From an uncultured Chloroflexia bacterium (GTDB lineage: Bacteria > Chloroflexota > Limnocylindria > Limnocylindrales > CSP1-4): DNA of 64,000 nucleotides. The stretch is from positions 2,613,486 to 2,677,485 of the forward strand of contig OY970185.1 in NCBI GenBank assembly GCA_963708015.1, given 5' to 3'. How positions within the stretch are numbered: position 1 is the stretch's first letter; each line of letters begins with the position of its first letter. Below the pieces are notes generated by a model. It searched no databases. It was not told the DNA's origin and was given only the letters and a program-made list of their open reading frames with translations. Made by a program: the position numbers and the translations under genes. Below, piece after piece: positions 54,088 through 62,625 of the stretch.

Positions 54088-55521
54088 GTGCCGCGCGCCC
54101 AACGCGCCAGGGCCGGGGACCAGCCGATCCCGGACATCGCGACGATTGCCAGGGCCGGGCAGCTCGCGCTCGAGCTGCCGGCCGAGCTGCCCCACCTGGC
54201 GATCGCCCCCGAGTGGAAGGACCAGCAGCGCCTGTGGGGCCACACCTTCCACCCGATGTGCTCGTACCTGGCCAGCTTTCCGGCGAGCCTGGTCCACGCC
54301 TTCATCGCCCGCTGGTCGCGACCCGGGGACGTCGTGTTCGATCCGTTCAGCGGGCGCGGAACCACGCCCCTCCAAGCCTGCGCCGAGGGCCGGATCGGGG
54401 TGGGCAACGACCTCAATCCGTTCGCCTACCTGCTCACGGCGGCCAAGGTCGAGCCGGCCAGCCCGGCCGAGGCCCGGACCCGCCTGACGGCCCTCCGCCT
54501 GCGCTGGGCAAATGAGGGCTCGGCCTGGCTTGCCCTGTCGCTGCGCCTGCTCGCGCCGGCCGGTCACGAGGAGGTCCTGGTCCCGGCCGCTGGTTCGCTG
54601 GCCGGCCCGACCGAAGGCGTCGAACCGGTCCCGCTCGAGGTCCGGCTGGCCTTCCATCCGCGCACGTTCGGGCAACTCCTGTTCGTCCGGACGATGCTCC
54701 GGCTCGACGATCGGGTCGACCGCTTTCTCGCCGGGGCGCTGACCGGCATCCTCCACGGCAAGTCGGCCGGCTACCTCTCCGAGGTCATGCCCAACACCTT
54801 CAGCATGGCCCGCGGCTACGTGCGCGACTTCGTCGCCCGGACCGACTTCCAATCGCCCGAGCGCGACGTCTTCGCCTGCCTCGACCGGAAGCTCAGCCGG
54901 CTGTACCGCCAGCCGCTCCCCGCCGTGACCGGGATTGCCCTGCTGGGCGACGCCCGTGATGCCGGAGTGCGGGCCCGGTCGGCCCTTCGGGCGCGGGCCC
55001 TGCCCGAGCGTGCCCGCCTGGTCGTGATGTCGCCACCGTACCTGCGGGTCGTGAAATACGGCTATTACAACTGGATGCGGGCGTGGCTCGTCGGTGAGGA
55101 TCCGGCCCGGATCGACGCGACGCTCGACGATGCCCACCACCGGACGGCCTACCTCCAGTTCCTGCGCGAGGTCCTCGACGGGCTGCGGCCAGCCCTGGCC
55201 GACGATGCCGTGGTCGTGATGGTGGTCGGTGACGTCGAGCGAGACCGCGGACGGGACCTGGCCGGCGGGGTGGGCCTGGCCGAGAAGGTCTGGGCCGAGG
55301 CCGCGTTACCGGCGGGCTATCGCCTGGCCGGGGTCGCCCTGGACGACGTTGCGGCCGGCCGGAAGATGACCAAGCTCTGGGGCAGCGAGGCCGGGCGGGC
55401 GACGAAGCTGGACCGAATCCTCGTCCTGGGCGCGACCGAGGCCGGCCGCCGCCGGGCCCTCGCTGGGGCCTCCGTGCCGGTCGACTGGACCTGGCCGGTT
55501 CGCCGCCTGCGCGCACTCTAG
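54088..55521 (+). CDS. N4/N6 DNA methyltransferase (PF01555-like), orphan
   Basis: AdoMet motif 'VVFDPFSGRGTT' at aa 84-93 and catalytic 'SPPY' at aa 315-318. GGAGG SD before the GTG start. Confidence 0.75.
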   Translation: MPRAQRARAGDQPIPDIATIARAGQLALELPAELPHLAIAPEWKDQQRLWGHTFHPMCSYLASFPASLVHAFIARWSRPGDVVFDPFSGRGTTPLQACAEGRIGVGNDLNPFAYLLTAAKVEPASPAEARTRLTALRLRWANEGSAWLALSLRLLAPAGHEEVLVPAAGSLAGPTEGVEPVPLEVRLAFHPRTFGQLLFVRTMLRLDDRVDRFLAGALTGILHGKSAGYLSEVMPNTFSMARGYVRDFVARTDFQSPERDVFACLDRKLSRLYRQPLPAVTGIALLGDARDAGVRARSALRARALPERARLVVMSPPYLRVVKYGYYNWMRAWLVGEDPARIDATLDDAHHRTAYLQFLREVLDGLRPALADDAVVVMVVGDVERDRGRDLAGGVGLAEKVWAEAALPAGYRLAGVALDDVAAGRKMTKLWGSEAGRATKLDRILVLGATEAGRRRALAGASVPVDWTWPVRRLRAL

Positions 55522-55604
55522 CCGGCGCCGGCCAAGTCGGGCCCGAGCGGCTGAGGCGACTCGAGCGCCTCGAGCCTGGACGACTCGCTCGCTAGAATGA
55601 GCCG

Positions 55605-55832
55605 ATGCAGGAGATGTACGACCCGGCCGACCTGGCCGCGATGGATCCGCTGGTCCTGATGAAGAACCTCGATCACGTCCGGATGAGCAGCCGGCGCCTG
55701 AGCTACGTCCTCCAGCAGCAGGTCCACCTGTACACCCCCGAGGCGAACGACATCCGCGATCAGATCGATCGGTATGTCGAGGCCGAGCGCCAGATCGAAG
55801 GCGAGATGGCTCGCCGCAAGATCCGCGCCTGA
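55605..55832 (+). CDS. hypothetical helical protein (75 aa)
   Basis: ORF track; high GC3. TAGAAT (55593-55598) lies 6 nt upstream of the ATG, which suggests a leaderless transcript. Confidence 0.5.
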   Translation: MQEMYDPADLAAMDPLVLMKNLDHVRMSSRRLSYVLQQQVHLYTPEANDIRDQIDRYVEAERQIEGEMARRKIRA

Positions 55833-55903
55833 CCCACTCCCCCAGAGTCCGTGTCAGGGTCCGTGCGGGGCCGCCCCAGGGGTGCCCAGGCGGCCCTGAA
55901 TCC

Positions 55904-55935
55904 AACGGCCCCGGTCGGATCCGACAGGGGCCGTT
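55904..55935. terminator. hairpin between convergent small genes (possible bidirectional terminator)
   Basis: 'aacggccccggtcgga/tccgacaggggccgtt', a stem of about 15 bp with one mismatch, followed by a short T run. Confidence 0.45.
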
Positions 55936-55959
55936 TCATTCCTCCCGTTCAGGCCCCCG

Positions 55960-56271
55960 TCAGTGGGCCACGACCGGGACGCCCGGGCTCGGCCGTCTGT
56001 CCGTTTCTTCGTGCGGACGGCGCTCCGATTCCTCCCGGACGATATCCGCTGCGACCCGGGCGAGGGCCGGCGTCTCGAACAGTGAGAAGCCGATTCCGTG
56101 CTCGGACAGCTCCTCCAGCCCCCAGCCCTGGTAGAGCCCACGGTTCGCAACGGCGCACATCTCGTCGTACAGCTCCGGCCAGCCGACCCGCTTGCGGTGG
56201 TAGCAGAACCGCACGAACTCGATTGCCTCCGGGGACAGGGTCGCCGGGGCAGGCGTGCGCATATCTGGCAA
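55960..56271 (-). CDS. hypothetical protein (103 aa)
   Basis: ORF track. TTG start 7 nt after a strong GAGGAGGAGGG SD. High GC3 in the first two-thirds. Confidence 0.5.
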   Translation of the reverse strand: MPDMRTPAPATLSPEAIEFVRFCYHRKRVGWPELYDEMCAVANRGLYQGWGLEELSEHGIGFSLFETPALARVAADIVREESERRPHEETDRRPSPGVPVVAH

Positions 56272-56483
56272 CAGAGAGCCCTCCTCCTCTCGCGTCTACT
56301 GGGCGCGCTCGACCGCGGAAGCGGGCGGTCTGGCCGCATGGATTCGGGGTGGCGAGGGCCTTCTCCCGGGGCCCCTCAGCCCGTCCCCCAATAATAGGCC
56401 GAGGGCCGGACCGGGGGCAGGCACTTTGTCCACGTTCTCGTCCACCAAGTTGTCCACAGGCCGAGCTCCGACCCGGTCGAGGG

Positions 56484-57596
56484 TCAGTCCGGGCGGCGCC
56501 GAATCCCGAGACCCGGATCTTCCGTCAACCGCCAGCGGCTATCTGCACCCAGCTCGAGTCCCTCGAACGGATCGCCCGCGATCAGCAGGCAGCCGTCGAG
56601 GTCGATCCAGTCGGCCAGCCCGGCCACGTGGGCCGAGGCCGCGATTCCGAGCGACGTCTCTTCCATGCAGCCGAGGAACGTTCGGAAGCCGAGCGCCCGG
56701 GCCCGGGCCAGCATCCGCCGAGCCGGACCGGGTCCGCCGCACTTGGCCAGCTTGACGTTGACCCCGGCGACGACGCCGACGAGCCGGTCGAGGTCATCGA
56801 TCGTGACCGCGCTCTCGTCCGCCACCAGGGGCAGCTCCGAGCGTTCCTGGAGCCAGGCCAACTGGTCGAGCCGGTGAGCCGGGAAGGGCTGCTCGATCAG
56901 CTCGACCCCGAGCCGGACGAGATCGGGGATCAGCGCGGCCCCCTGCTCGGGCGTCCAGCCGGTGTTGGCGTCGATCCGGATCGGGCCGGCGAAGACGCGC
57001 CGGACGGCTTCGAGCGTCTCGAGATCGGCCGGGCCACCGACCTTGATCTTGAGCGCCGGAAAGTGCCCGGCTCGCTCGGCCCGGGCGGCGACGACCGCCG
57101 GTTCATCGAGACCGATCGTGAAGTCGGTCGGGCCGATCTCGGGCGACAGGCCGAGCAGCCGACAGACCGGCTGTCCGAGACGTTTCCCAACGAGGTCGTG
57201 CAGGGCAGTATCGAGGGCGCACTTGGCGGCGCCGTGCCGGGCGATTGCGGCGTCGAAGCCCCCGGCGAGCGTCTCGAGCAGGCCCGCCCCGTCCTCCGGC
57301 GTGACCGCCCCCAGCTCGCCGGGATCAATCGTCGCGAGGAGGCGCGGCAGGACGACCGCGACGGTCTCGAGGGTCTCGCCGTAGTACGGATCCGGGTAGC
57401 CCTCGCCATAGCCGACGAGGCCCGGCCAGGCCGGGTGTCGGAGCTCCACGACGACCGAGCTCATCCCGTCGGCGCCATGCGCCCGGGCGATCCGGAAGGG
57501 CTCCCGGTAGGGCAGCCGGATCACCTCCTGGCGAAGGTCGAGTCCGTTGCCGGCTTCCGCGGCCGGGTCATCGCCTGAGCCCGGCGAAGGGCTCAT
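56484..57596 (-). CDS. enolase-superfamily dipeptide epimerase / N-acyl amino acid racemase (DgcA-like)
   Basis: Start 'MSPSPGSG' (ATGA overlap at 57593-57596). 'ALKIKVG' (KxK), 'IDANTGW', 'IEQPF', 'LVADES', 'VKLAKCGG'. Confidence 0.85.
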   Translation of the reverse strand: MSPSPGSGDDPAAEAGNGLDLRQEVIRLPYREPFRIARAHGADGMSSVVVELRHPAWPGLVGYGEGYPDPYYGETLETVAVVLPRLLATIDPGELGAVTPEDGAGLLETLAGGFDAAIARHGAAKCALDTALHDLVGKRLGQPVCRLLGLSPEIGPTDFTIGLDEPAVVAARAERAGHFPALKIKVGGPADLETLEAVRRVFAGPIRIDANTGWTPEQGAALIPDLVRLGVELIEQPFPAHRLDQLAWLQERSELPLVADESAVTIDDLDRLVGVVAGVNVKLAKCGGPGPARRMLARARALGFRTFLGCMEETSLGIAASAHVAGLADWIDLDGCLLIAGDPFEGLELGADSRWRLTEDPGLGIRRRPD

Positions 57597-58690
57597 CGGT
57601 CGAGCGCTTCGACGCCGGACTGGATCCCGGCCCACAGGCGAGCTGGTCCGAACCGGACCGGATCGTCGACCGGCAGGCCGGTCTGGGCCGCGATCTCATC
57701 GATCACCCGGCGGGCGTCGGCCTCGTCCGGGTAGAGCGACGTGTTCAGGGCGACGCCCACGACCGTCGAGGGTGCGACGATCCCGGCGACCTGTTCGTGG
57801 AGCTTGATGAAGCTCGAGAGCGGCTGGAGCGGGAACTCGCGGCCGTCGATGTGGTCCCAGTCGTGCTCGGCCAGGCCCGGCTTGTGAACCATGACCATCG
57901 CCTGGGGGGTGGTGCCGTGGATCAGCCCCAGGGTGACCGCGCTGTAGGCCGGGTGGTCGAGCGAGCCCTGGCCCTCGACGATGATCCAGTCGCCCTTGGA
58001 CTCGGCCTGCTCGACGAGCCACTCCCCTGTCCCGTTCGAGAAGTCGCTGATCACCCGGTCGACGGCCACGCCCCAGCCATCGATCATCATCCCGGTCTGG
58101 CCGGTCGGCACGAAGACGGCCGCGAGGCCGGCTTCGACGGCCGCCCGCCGGAGCTCCAGGGCGACGCTCATCTTGCCGATCGCGCAGTCGGTCCCGACGG
58201 TCAGGATCACGTGCTTGCCCGGCGCGTGGCCCCGGCCGATCGCCGTCTCCTCGCGGGCCGGCGGACGGCGATAGTCGATGATCTCGACCCCGGAGGCCCG
58301 TGCGGCCGCGGCGAGCTCGGGATCGTCGCCCAGCAGGGTGTGCAGGCCGGACAGGATATCCAGGCCGGCCGCAATCGCCTCGAGGATCGTCCGTCGCCAG
58401 GCCGCCGGCAGCTTGCCCCCGGTCGGAGCGATCCCGATCAGGAGCGCTGTCGCGGCTCCCCGGCTGGGGGCCAGGGCCAGGCCGTCCGCGAGCGAGGCGA
58501 CGATCGGGATGTCGAAGCGGGGCCGTTCATCGAACCACTCCCGGACGTTGCGCCCGGCGTTGGTCGAATCGATCACGGCCACGATCGGATCGGGTCCGTA
58601 GCGGATGACGCCCATCGCAGTCTTGCCGTCGTGGGGGCCGAAGTGGCCCTCGGCCAGGATGATCAGGCGACGTTCCGAGGGCGTGGTCAC
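57593..58690 (-). CDS. DUF1611-family protein (DgcN-like putative D-glutamate N-acetyltransferase)
   Basis: GTG start 'VTTPSERRLIILAEG'; the longer track ORF would overlap tRNA-Glu. 'VGTDCAIGKMSVALEL' P-loop-like motif and 'EGQGSLDHPAYS'. Confidence 0.8.
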   Translation of the reverse strand: MTTPSERRLIILAEGHFGPHDGKTAMGVIRYGPDPIVAVIDSTNAGRNVREWFDERPRFDIPIVASLADGLALAPSRGAATALLIGIAPTGGKLPAAWRRTILEAIAAGLDILSGLHTLLGDDPELAAAARASGVEIIDYRRPPAREETAIGRGHAPGKHVILTVGTDCAIGKMSVALELRRAAVEAGLAAVFVPTGQTGMMIDGWGVAVDRVISDFSNGTGEWLVEQAESKGDWIIVEGQGSLDHPAYSAVTLGLIHGTTPQAMVMVHKPGLAEHDWDHIDGREFPLQPLSSFIKLHEQVAGIVAPSTVVGVALNTSLYPDEADARRVIDEIAAQTGLPVDDPVRFGPARLWAGIQSGVEALDR

Positions 58691-58733
58691 GGGGCCTCCC
58701 TGGGCCGTCGCCCGGTCCCAGCTCGAACGTCGC

Positions 58734-58810
58734 TGGTACCGCATACCGGATTCGAACCGGTGATCTCCGCCTTGAGAGGGCGGTGTCCTGGGCCTCTAGA
58801 CGAATGCGGC
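58734..58810 (-). tRNA. tRNA-Glu (anticodon CUC), CCA encoded
   Basis: Reverse complement GCCGCATTCGTCTAGAGGCCCAGGACA-CCGCC-CTCTCAA-GGCGG-...GGTTCGAATCC...ATGCGGTACCA; the D-arm is typical of tRNA-Glu. Confidence 0.9.
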
Positions 58811-58893
58811 AGGTTGGCCGGTGGCGTCGAGCGCCGGACCGGCCGGAATGATACCAGTCGGAGCCGCCGGACCGGGAGGCCCCTGCCCGGGAC

Positions 58894-59778
58894 CTAGAGC
58901 CGGTTCGCCTCGAGGAAGGACCGGATCGTCTCGGCGACCTGGACGTGGCTCGACTCGCCCACGATCAGGCCGTAGTGGGAGTGGGCCCCGAATGGCTCGT
59001 ACTCGGCCGAAAGCCACTCAGCGAGGCGCTCACTCGAGGGTTCCGGGACGTACCGGTCCAGGCCGGCCCCGATCACCAGGATCGGGATCCCGGCCAGGCG
59101 GGCCTGCTCGAGCGGGATGCCCGCGATCACCTGGCGCCGGGCGGCACCCAATTCGTGGGGCTTCTGGCCGAACAGGTGCTGGATCCTCAGGATGTCGGCC
59201 AAGGCGAGGTCCTTGTGGTCGCGCTGGAGCCGCTCGGGCAGGGTCTCCCAGCCGAGCAGGTCGCGCCCGTACACGTCGGGCACCTCGCGCAGCTCGTGGG
59301 GGTGGGCCGGCGGGCGAAGCTCCCGGGGCAGCTCGGACGAGAGGAGGATCAGCCCGCCGACCGGCCGTCGCTCGGCGGCCTTGAGGGCGAGCAGACCGCC
59401 CATCCCGTGGCCGACGACAACGACCGAGCTGCCCAGCCGCTCGATCGCCTCGAGCACGTCCTCGGTGTACGTCTCGAAGGTCAGGGTGGTCGGATCGGCC
59501 GTCTGCGACCAGAAATGGTTGCGCAGGTTGAGTGCGTGGCCTTCCCAGCCCCGGGCGGCGAAGTACTGGAGGTGCCGCTCCCAGACCCACGAACCGGCCA
59601 GCTCGCCGTGGACGAACAGGAGCGGTCGTCGGCGTGAGCGCCGCTCGGGCAGCCACGACTCGAGGTAGATCCCGCGCTCGCTCAGCTCGATCTCGTCCTT
59701 GCGGACCGGGCGGGTCGTCACGGGCGGGGCGGGCAGGCGCCCGCCGGTCGCGGTTTCGGTCATCGTCTCACCACTCAT
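58894..59778 (-). CDS. alpha/beta-hydrolase-fold protein with Gly at the nucleophile position
   Basis: 'LLFVHGELAGSW', nucleophile elbow 'VVVGHGMGGLLAL', 'GAGLDRYVP', 'GAHSHYGL'. Confidence 0.75.
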   Translation of the reverse strand: MSGETMTETATGGRLPAPPVTTRPVRKDEIELSERGIYLESWLPERRSRRRPLLFVHGELAGSWVWERHLQYFAARGWEGHALNLRNHFWSQTADPTTLTFETYTEDVLEAIERLGSSVVVVGHGMGGLLALKAAERRPVGGLILLSSELPRELRPPAHPHELREVPDVYGRDLLGWETLPERLQRDHKDLALADILRIQHLFGQKPHELGAARRQVIAGIPLEQARLAGIPILVIGAGLDRYVPEPSSERLAEWLSAEYEPFGAHSHYGLIVGESSHVQVAETIRSFLEANRL

Positions 59779-60634
59779 GGGGATTGATCACGAGGCCGGT
59801 CAGGGGCCTCGCCAGGTCCGCGCCGTCGGCCGGCGCCTCCACGAACAGGGTCAGGATGTAGTCGAACGCGGGGTCTTCCTCGCAGGAACGGCTCATCCGG
59901 CGCTCATCACGGTAGCGCAAGGCGGCCTCATAGGGCTCGATCCGACCGACAATCGTGACCGGTCCGGCGCCGACCACCTTGATCAGGGTCGCGACGCCCT
60001 CGGCATCGGGCCCATCGGCGGCCAGGGCCCACATCCGGTGCCGGACGCCCCGGTCGTCGACCAGGTCGATGAGGGGGCTCGTCCGGGCGGCCGCCTCCAG
60101 GACGCGCCCGGCGGCCCCGCTGGGATCCCCGAACAGGCCGACGATCGGGCTCGTGTTCACGCCGGTCGCCCGGAGCAGGCGGTAGCGCTCCTCGCGCGGG
60201 CCGGCTCCGGCCGGGCCGGCCGGATCGCCCGGCTCGGCCGAGATGACGCTGGCCGCCGGGTCCGAGCCGCCCGGGCTCGGCGGCTCGAGCCGGAGCCGGC
60301 CGAAGAAGCCCCGGCGAACCACCTCAGCGGGCGACCCCGAGGCGTGATCGAGCTGCTCGTAGGCGTACAGCGAGGGCCGGGGGTCCTTGCGGAGCGTCCC
60401 GTCCGAGCGCCACCCGGCCAGGGTCCGAGCCGTTCGGCGGTAGCGATCGTCGGGCTCGTCTCCCTGCTGGTCGATCGGCTGGTCGAGCCGGACGGCGTTC
60501 TTCGGGTGGCGGGCGGTCAGCTCGGCCAGGCGGGTCGAATCGATTTCGTCGCCGGGCGGGCTGACAACGGCCGCGAGGTCACCCACGACCTCGGGCTCGT
60601 AGCGCAGGGCGCGGAAGGGTCGGACTTCGGGCAC
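59768..60634 (-). CDS. DUF1015-family protein (shorter than I would expect for the family)
   Basis: N-terminus 'MPEVRPFRALRYEPEVVGDLAAVVSPPGDEI' matches the characteristic DUF1015 start. Confidence 0.75.
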   Translation of the reverse strand: MPEVRPFRALRYEPEVVGDLAAVVSPPGDEIDSTRLAELTARHPKNAVRLDQPIDQQGDEPDDRYRRTARTLAGWRSDGTLRKDPRPSLYAYEQLDHASGSPAEVVRRGFFGRLRLEPPSPGGSDPAASVISAEPGDPAGPAGAGPREERYRLLRATGVNTSPIVGLFGDPSGAAGRVLEAAARTSPLIDLVDDRGVRHRMWALAADGPDAEGVATLIKVVGAGPVTIVGRIEPYEAALRYRDERRMSRSCEEDPAFDYILTLFVEAPADGADLARPLTGLVINPHEW

Positions 60635-60803
60635 AGGGGTCCTCGGACGGGGACGGGCGGACGGGCTGCAATCCTACGACACGTCGGCCCCGCCGGCGAC
60701 AGGCCCGACCGACCCTCGGCCGACGCTGGTCACCAGCTCCAGCACGACCTGCCGAGACGGGCCGCCACAGGCGACCCGGCCGGACTGGTGGTAGCCTCGG
60801 GCA

Positions 60804-61310
60804 GTGCCCCGCTTGATCCCGCGCTCCGGATCGCTGCTCGCCCTCGTGGCCGGCCTGAGCCTGATCGTAGCCGCCTGCGGGGCGAAGACGGCCGACCTGC
60901 CGGCGCCCAGCCCGGCCAACTTCCAGGGGATCGTGTCGGCCCTGGCGGACGCCGGGATCACGGTCACGAAACAGGTCGCCGGCGATGCCGGCTGCAACGA
61001 CGCAAAGCTCATCCCGACCGCGATCGGGTTCACCGCCGACGGACTCGACCAGGCGGCGCCGGTCCGGATCCACATCTACATCTTCGCCGACTCGGCGACC
61101 TGGAACCGCCTGTCGATCGAGGCGGCGACCTGCGCCCAGAGCTACGTGACCGACCCGTCGACGTACGAGTCGGTGAGCCCCTCGCCGTACATCGCCTCGG
61201 GCCAGGGGCCGTGGGGCGCCCAGTTCAAGGCGGCCATGCAGTCGGCCCTGACGACAGCCGCCGGGGACGGCGGCAATGGCAGCGACGGCGGAGGCGGCGG
61301 GAACCCCTAG
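60804..61310 (+). CDS. hypothetical lipoprotein
   Basis: Lipobox 'LIVAACG'; Gly-rich C-terminus. TAGCCT lies 6 nt upstream of the GTG start. Confidence 0.6.
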   Translation: MPRLIPRSGSLLALVAGLSLIVAACGAKTADLPAPSPANFQGIVSALADAGITVTKQVAGDAGCNDAKLIPTAIGFTADGLDQAAPVRIHIYIFADSATWNRLSIEAATCAQSYVTDPSTYESVSPSPYIASGQGPWGAQFKAAMQSALTTAAGDGGNGSDGGGGGNP

Positions 61311-62515
61311 ACGACCCGCAGGTCGAGGATCCGTCGGGCGATCACGAGCCTCTGGATCTGGCTCGTTCCCTCGCCGATCTCAGTCAGCTTGGCATCGCGC
61401 AGGAAGCGCTCGACCTTGAACTCCTCGACGTAGCCATAGCCGCCATGGACCTGGATCGCGGCATTCGTGGCCCGGGAGCTGACCTCGGACGCGAACAGCT
61501 TGGCCTGGGCCGCGGCGAGGGTGTAGTCGCGACCCTGGTCCTTCAGCCAGGCAGCTCGCCAGACCAGCTGGCGGGCTGCCTCGATCTCGGTTGCCATGTC
61601 GGCGATCAGGAAGGCCACGCCCTGGAAGGTGCCGATCGGACGACCGAACTGGCGCCGTGTCCGGGCGTAGGGGATGGCCGCGTCAAGTGCCGCCTGGGCC
61701 AGGCCGACGGCCAGGGCGCCGATGCTGATCCGGCCGCCGTCGAGCGTCCGGAGGGCGATGTGGAAGCCGCCGCCGCGCTCGCCGAGCAGGTTGGCCGCGG
61801 GGACCCGGGCCAATTCGAAGATCAGCTCGCCGGTCGCCGAGGCGTGCAGGCCCATCTTCTCCTCGAGCCGGCCGATGCTGAAGCCGGGCGTGTCGGCCGG
61901 CACGATGAAGGCGCTGATCTCAGCCGAGCCGCCGCTCCCGGCGCCCTCGGTGCCGTGGCCGCCGCCCGGCCGGTCCGGGCGGGTGCCGGTCCGGGCGGTC
62001 ACGACGTACGTTCCGGCCTGGCCCGCGTTCGTGATGAAGCGCTTGCCGCCGTCGAGAATCCATGACCCGCCATCGGGTCCGGCCTCGAACCGGGCGGTCG
62101 TCCGGGTTCCGCCCGAATCGGATCCGGCGCCGGGTTCGGTCAGGCCATAAGCCCCGATCGTCCGGCCCTCGGCCATCGGCACGAGGTAGCGCTCCTTCTG
62201 CTCGTCCGTCCCCGAGGCATGGAGGGGCCCGCAGCCGAGGCTCGTGTGGGCGGCCACGATCAGGCCGAGCGAGCCCCACACCCGGCCGATCTCCTCGACC
62301 GCGAGGGCATAGGCCAGGGTATCGAGGCCTGCCCCGCCTTCGGCCTCCGGAAAGGGGATGCCCAGCCAGCCCAGCGAACCCAGGCGATCGACGATCGCCC
62401 GCGGGAACCGCCTCGCCCGCTCGTGCTCGTCGACGACCGGCTCGACCTCGGCCCGCATGAACTCCCGGATCGTGTCCCGGAGCAGGGCATGCTCGAGTGA
62501 CAGGTCGAGGTCCAT
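61307..62515 (-). CDS. acyl-CoA dehydrogenase (with a Gly-rich insertion of about 20 aa)
   Basis: 'YGLTEPGAGSDSG', 'GGKRFITNAG', 'EIGEGTSQIQR'. The insertion 'RPDRPGGGHGTEGAGSGGSAE' precedes 'ISAFIV'. Confidence 0.88.
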   Translation of the reverse strand: MDLDLSLEHALLRDTIREFMRAEVEPVVDEHERARRFPRAIVDRLGSLGWLGIPFPEAEGGAGLDTLAYALAVEEIGRVWGSLGLIVAAHTSLGCGPLHASGTDEQKERYLVPMAEGRTIGAYGLTEPGAGSDSGGTRTTARFEAGPDGGSWILDGGKRFITNAGQAGTYVVTARTGTRPDRPGGGHGTEGAGSGGSAEISAFIVPADTPGFSIGRLEEKMGLHASATGELIFELARVPAANLLGERGGGFHIALRTLDGGRISIGALAVGLAQAALDAAIPYARTRRQFGRPIGTFQGVAFLIADMATEIEAARQLVWRAAWLKDQGRDYTLAAAQAKLFASEVSSRATNAAIQVHGGYGYVEEFKVERFLRDAKLTEIGEGTSQIQRLVIARRILDLRVV

Positions 62516-62625
62516 CGGCCCGAGGGTACACCGGCAGGGACCGCCGAGGCCGGCCGGCGGTGCTCGCCTACCCGTGTTCGCCCGGTCGCCAGCACGAGCG
62601 TCCGGCCTCTGCTAGCCTCCCCCAA

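Noticed and set aside
54088-55521. Complete restriction-modification system
   Set aside because: No ORF with nuclease motifs (PD-(D/E)xK, HNH, GIY-YIG) is adjacent. The flanking genes are a cyclase and two small proteins without such motifs.
58691-58744. 5' extensions of track ORFs across tRNA genes (57593..58744 over tRNA-Glu; 48542..49861 over tRNA-Arg; 8684..8938 over tRNA-Lys)
   Set aside because: These extensions overlap well-folded tRNA genes on the same or opposite strand. Internal starts with an SD or a tight junction to the preceding gene fit better.
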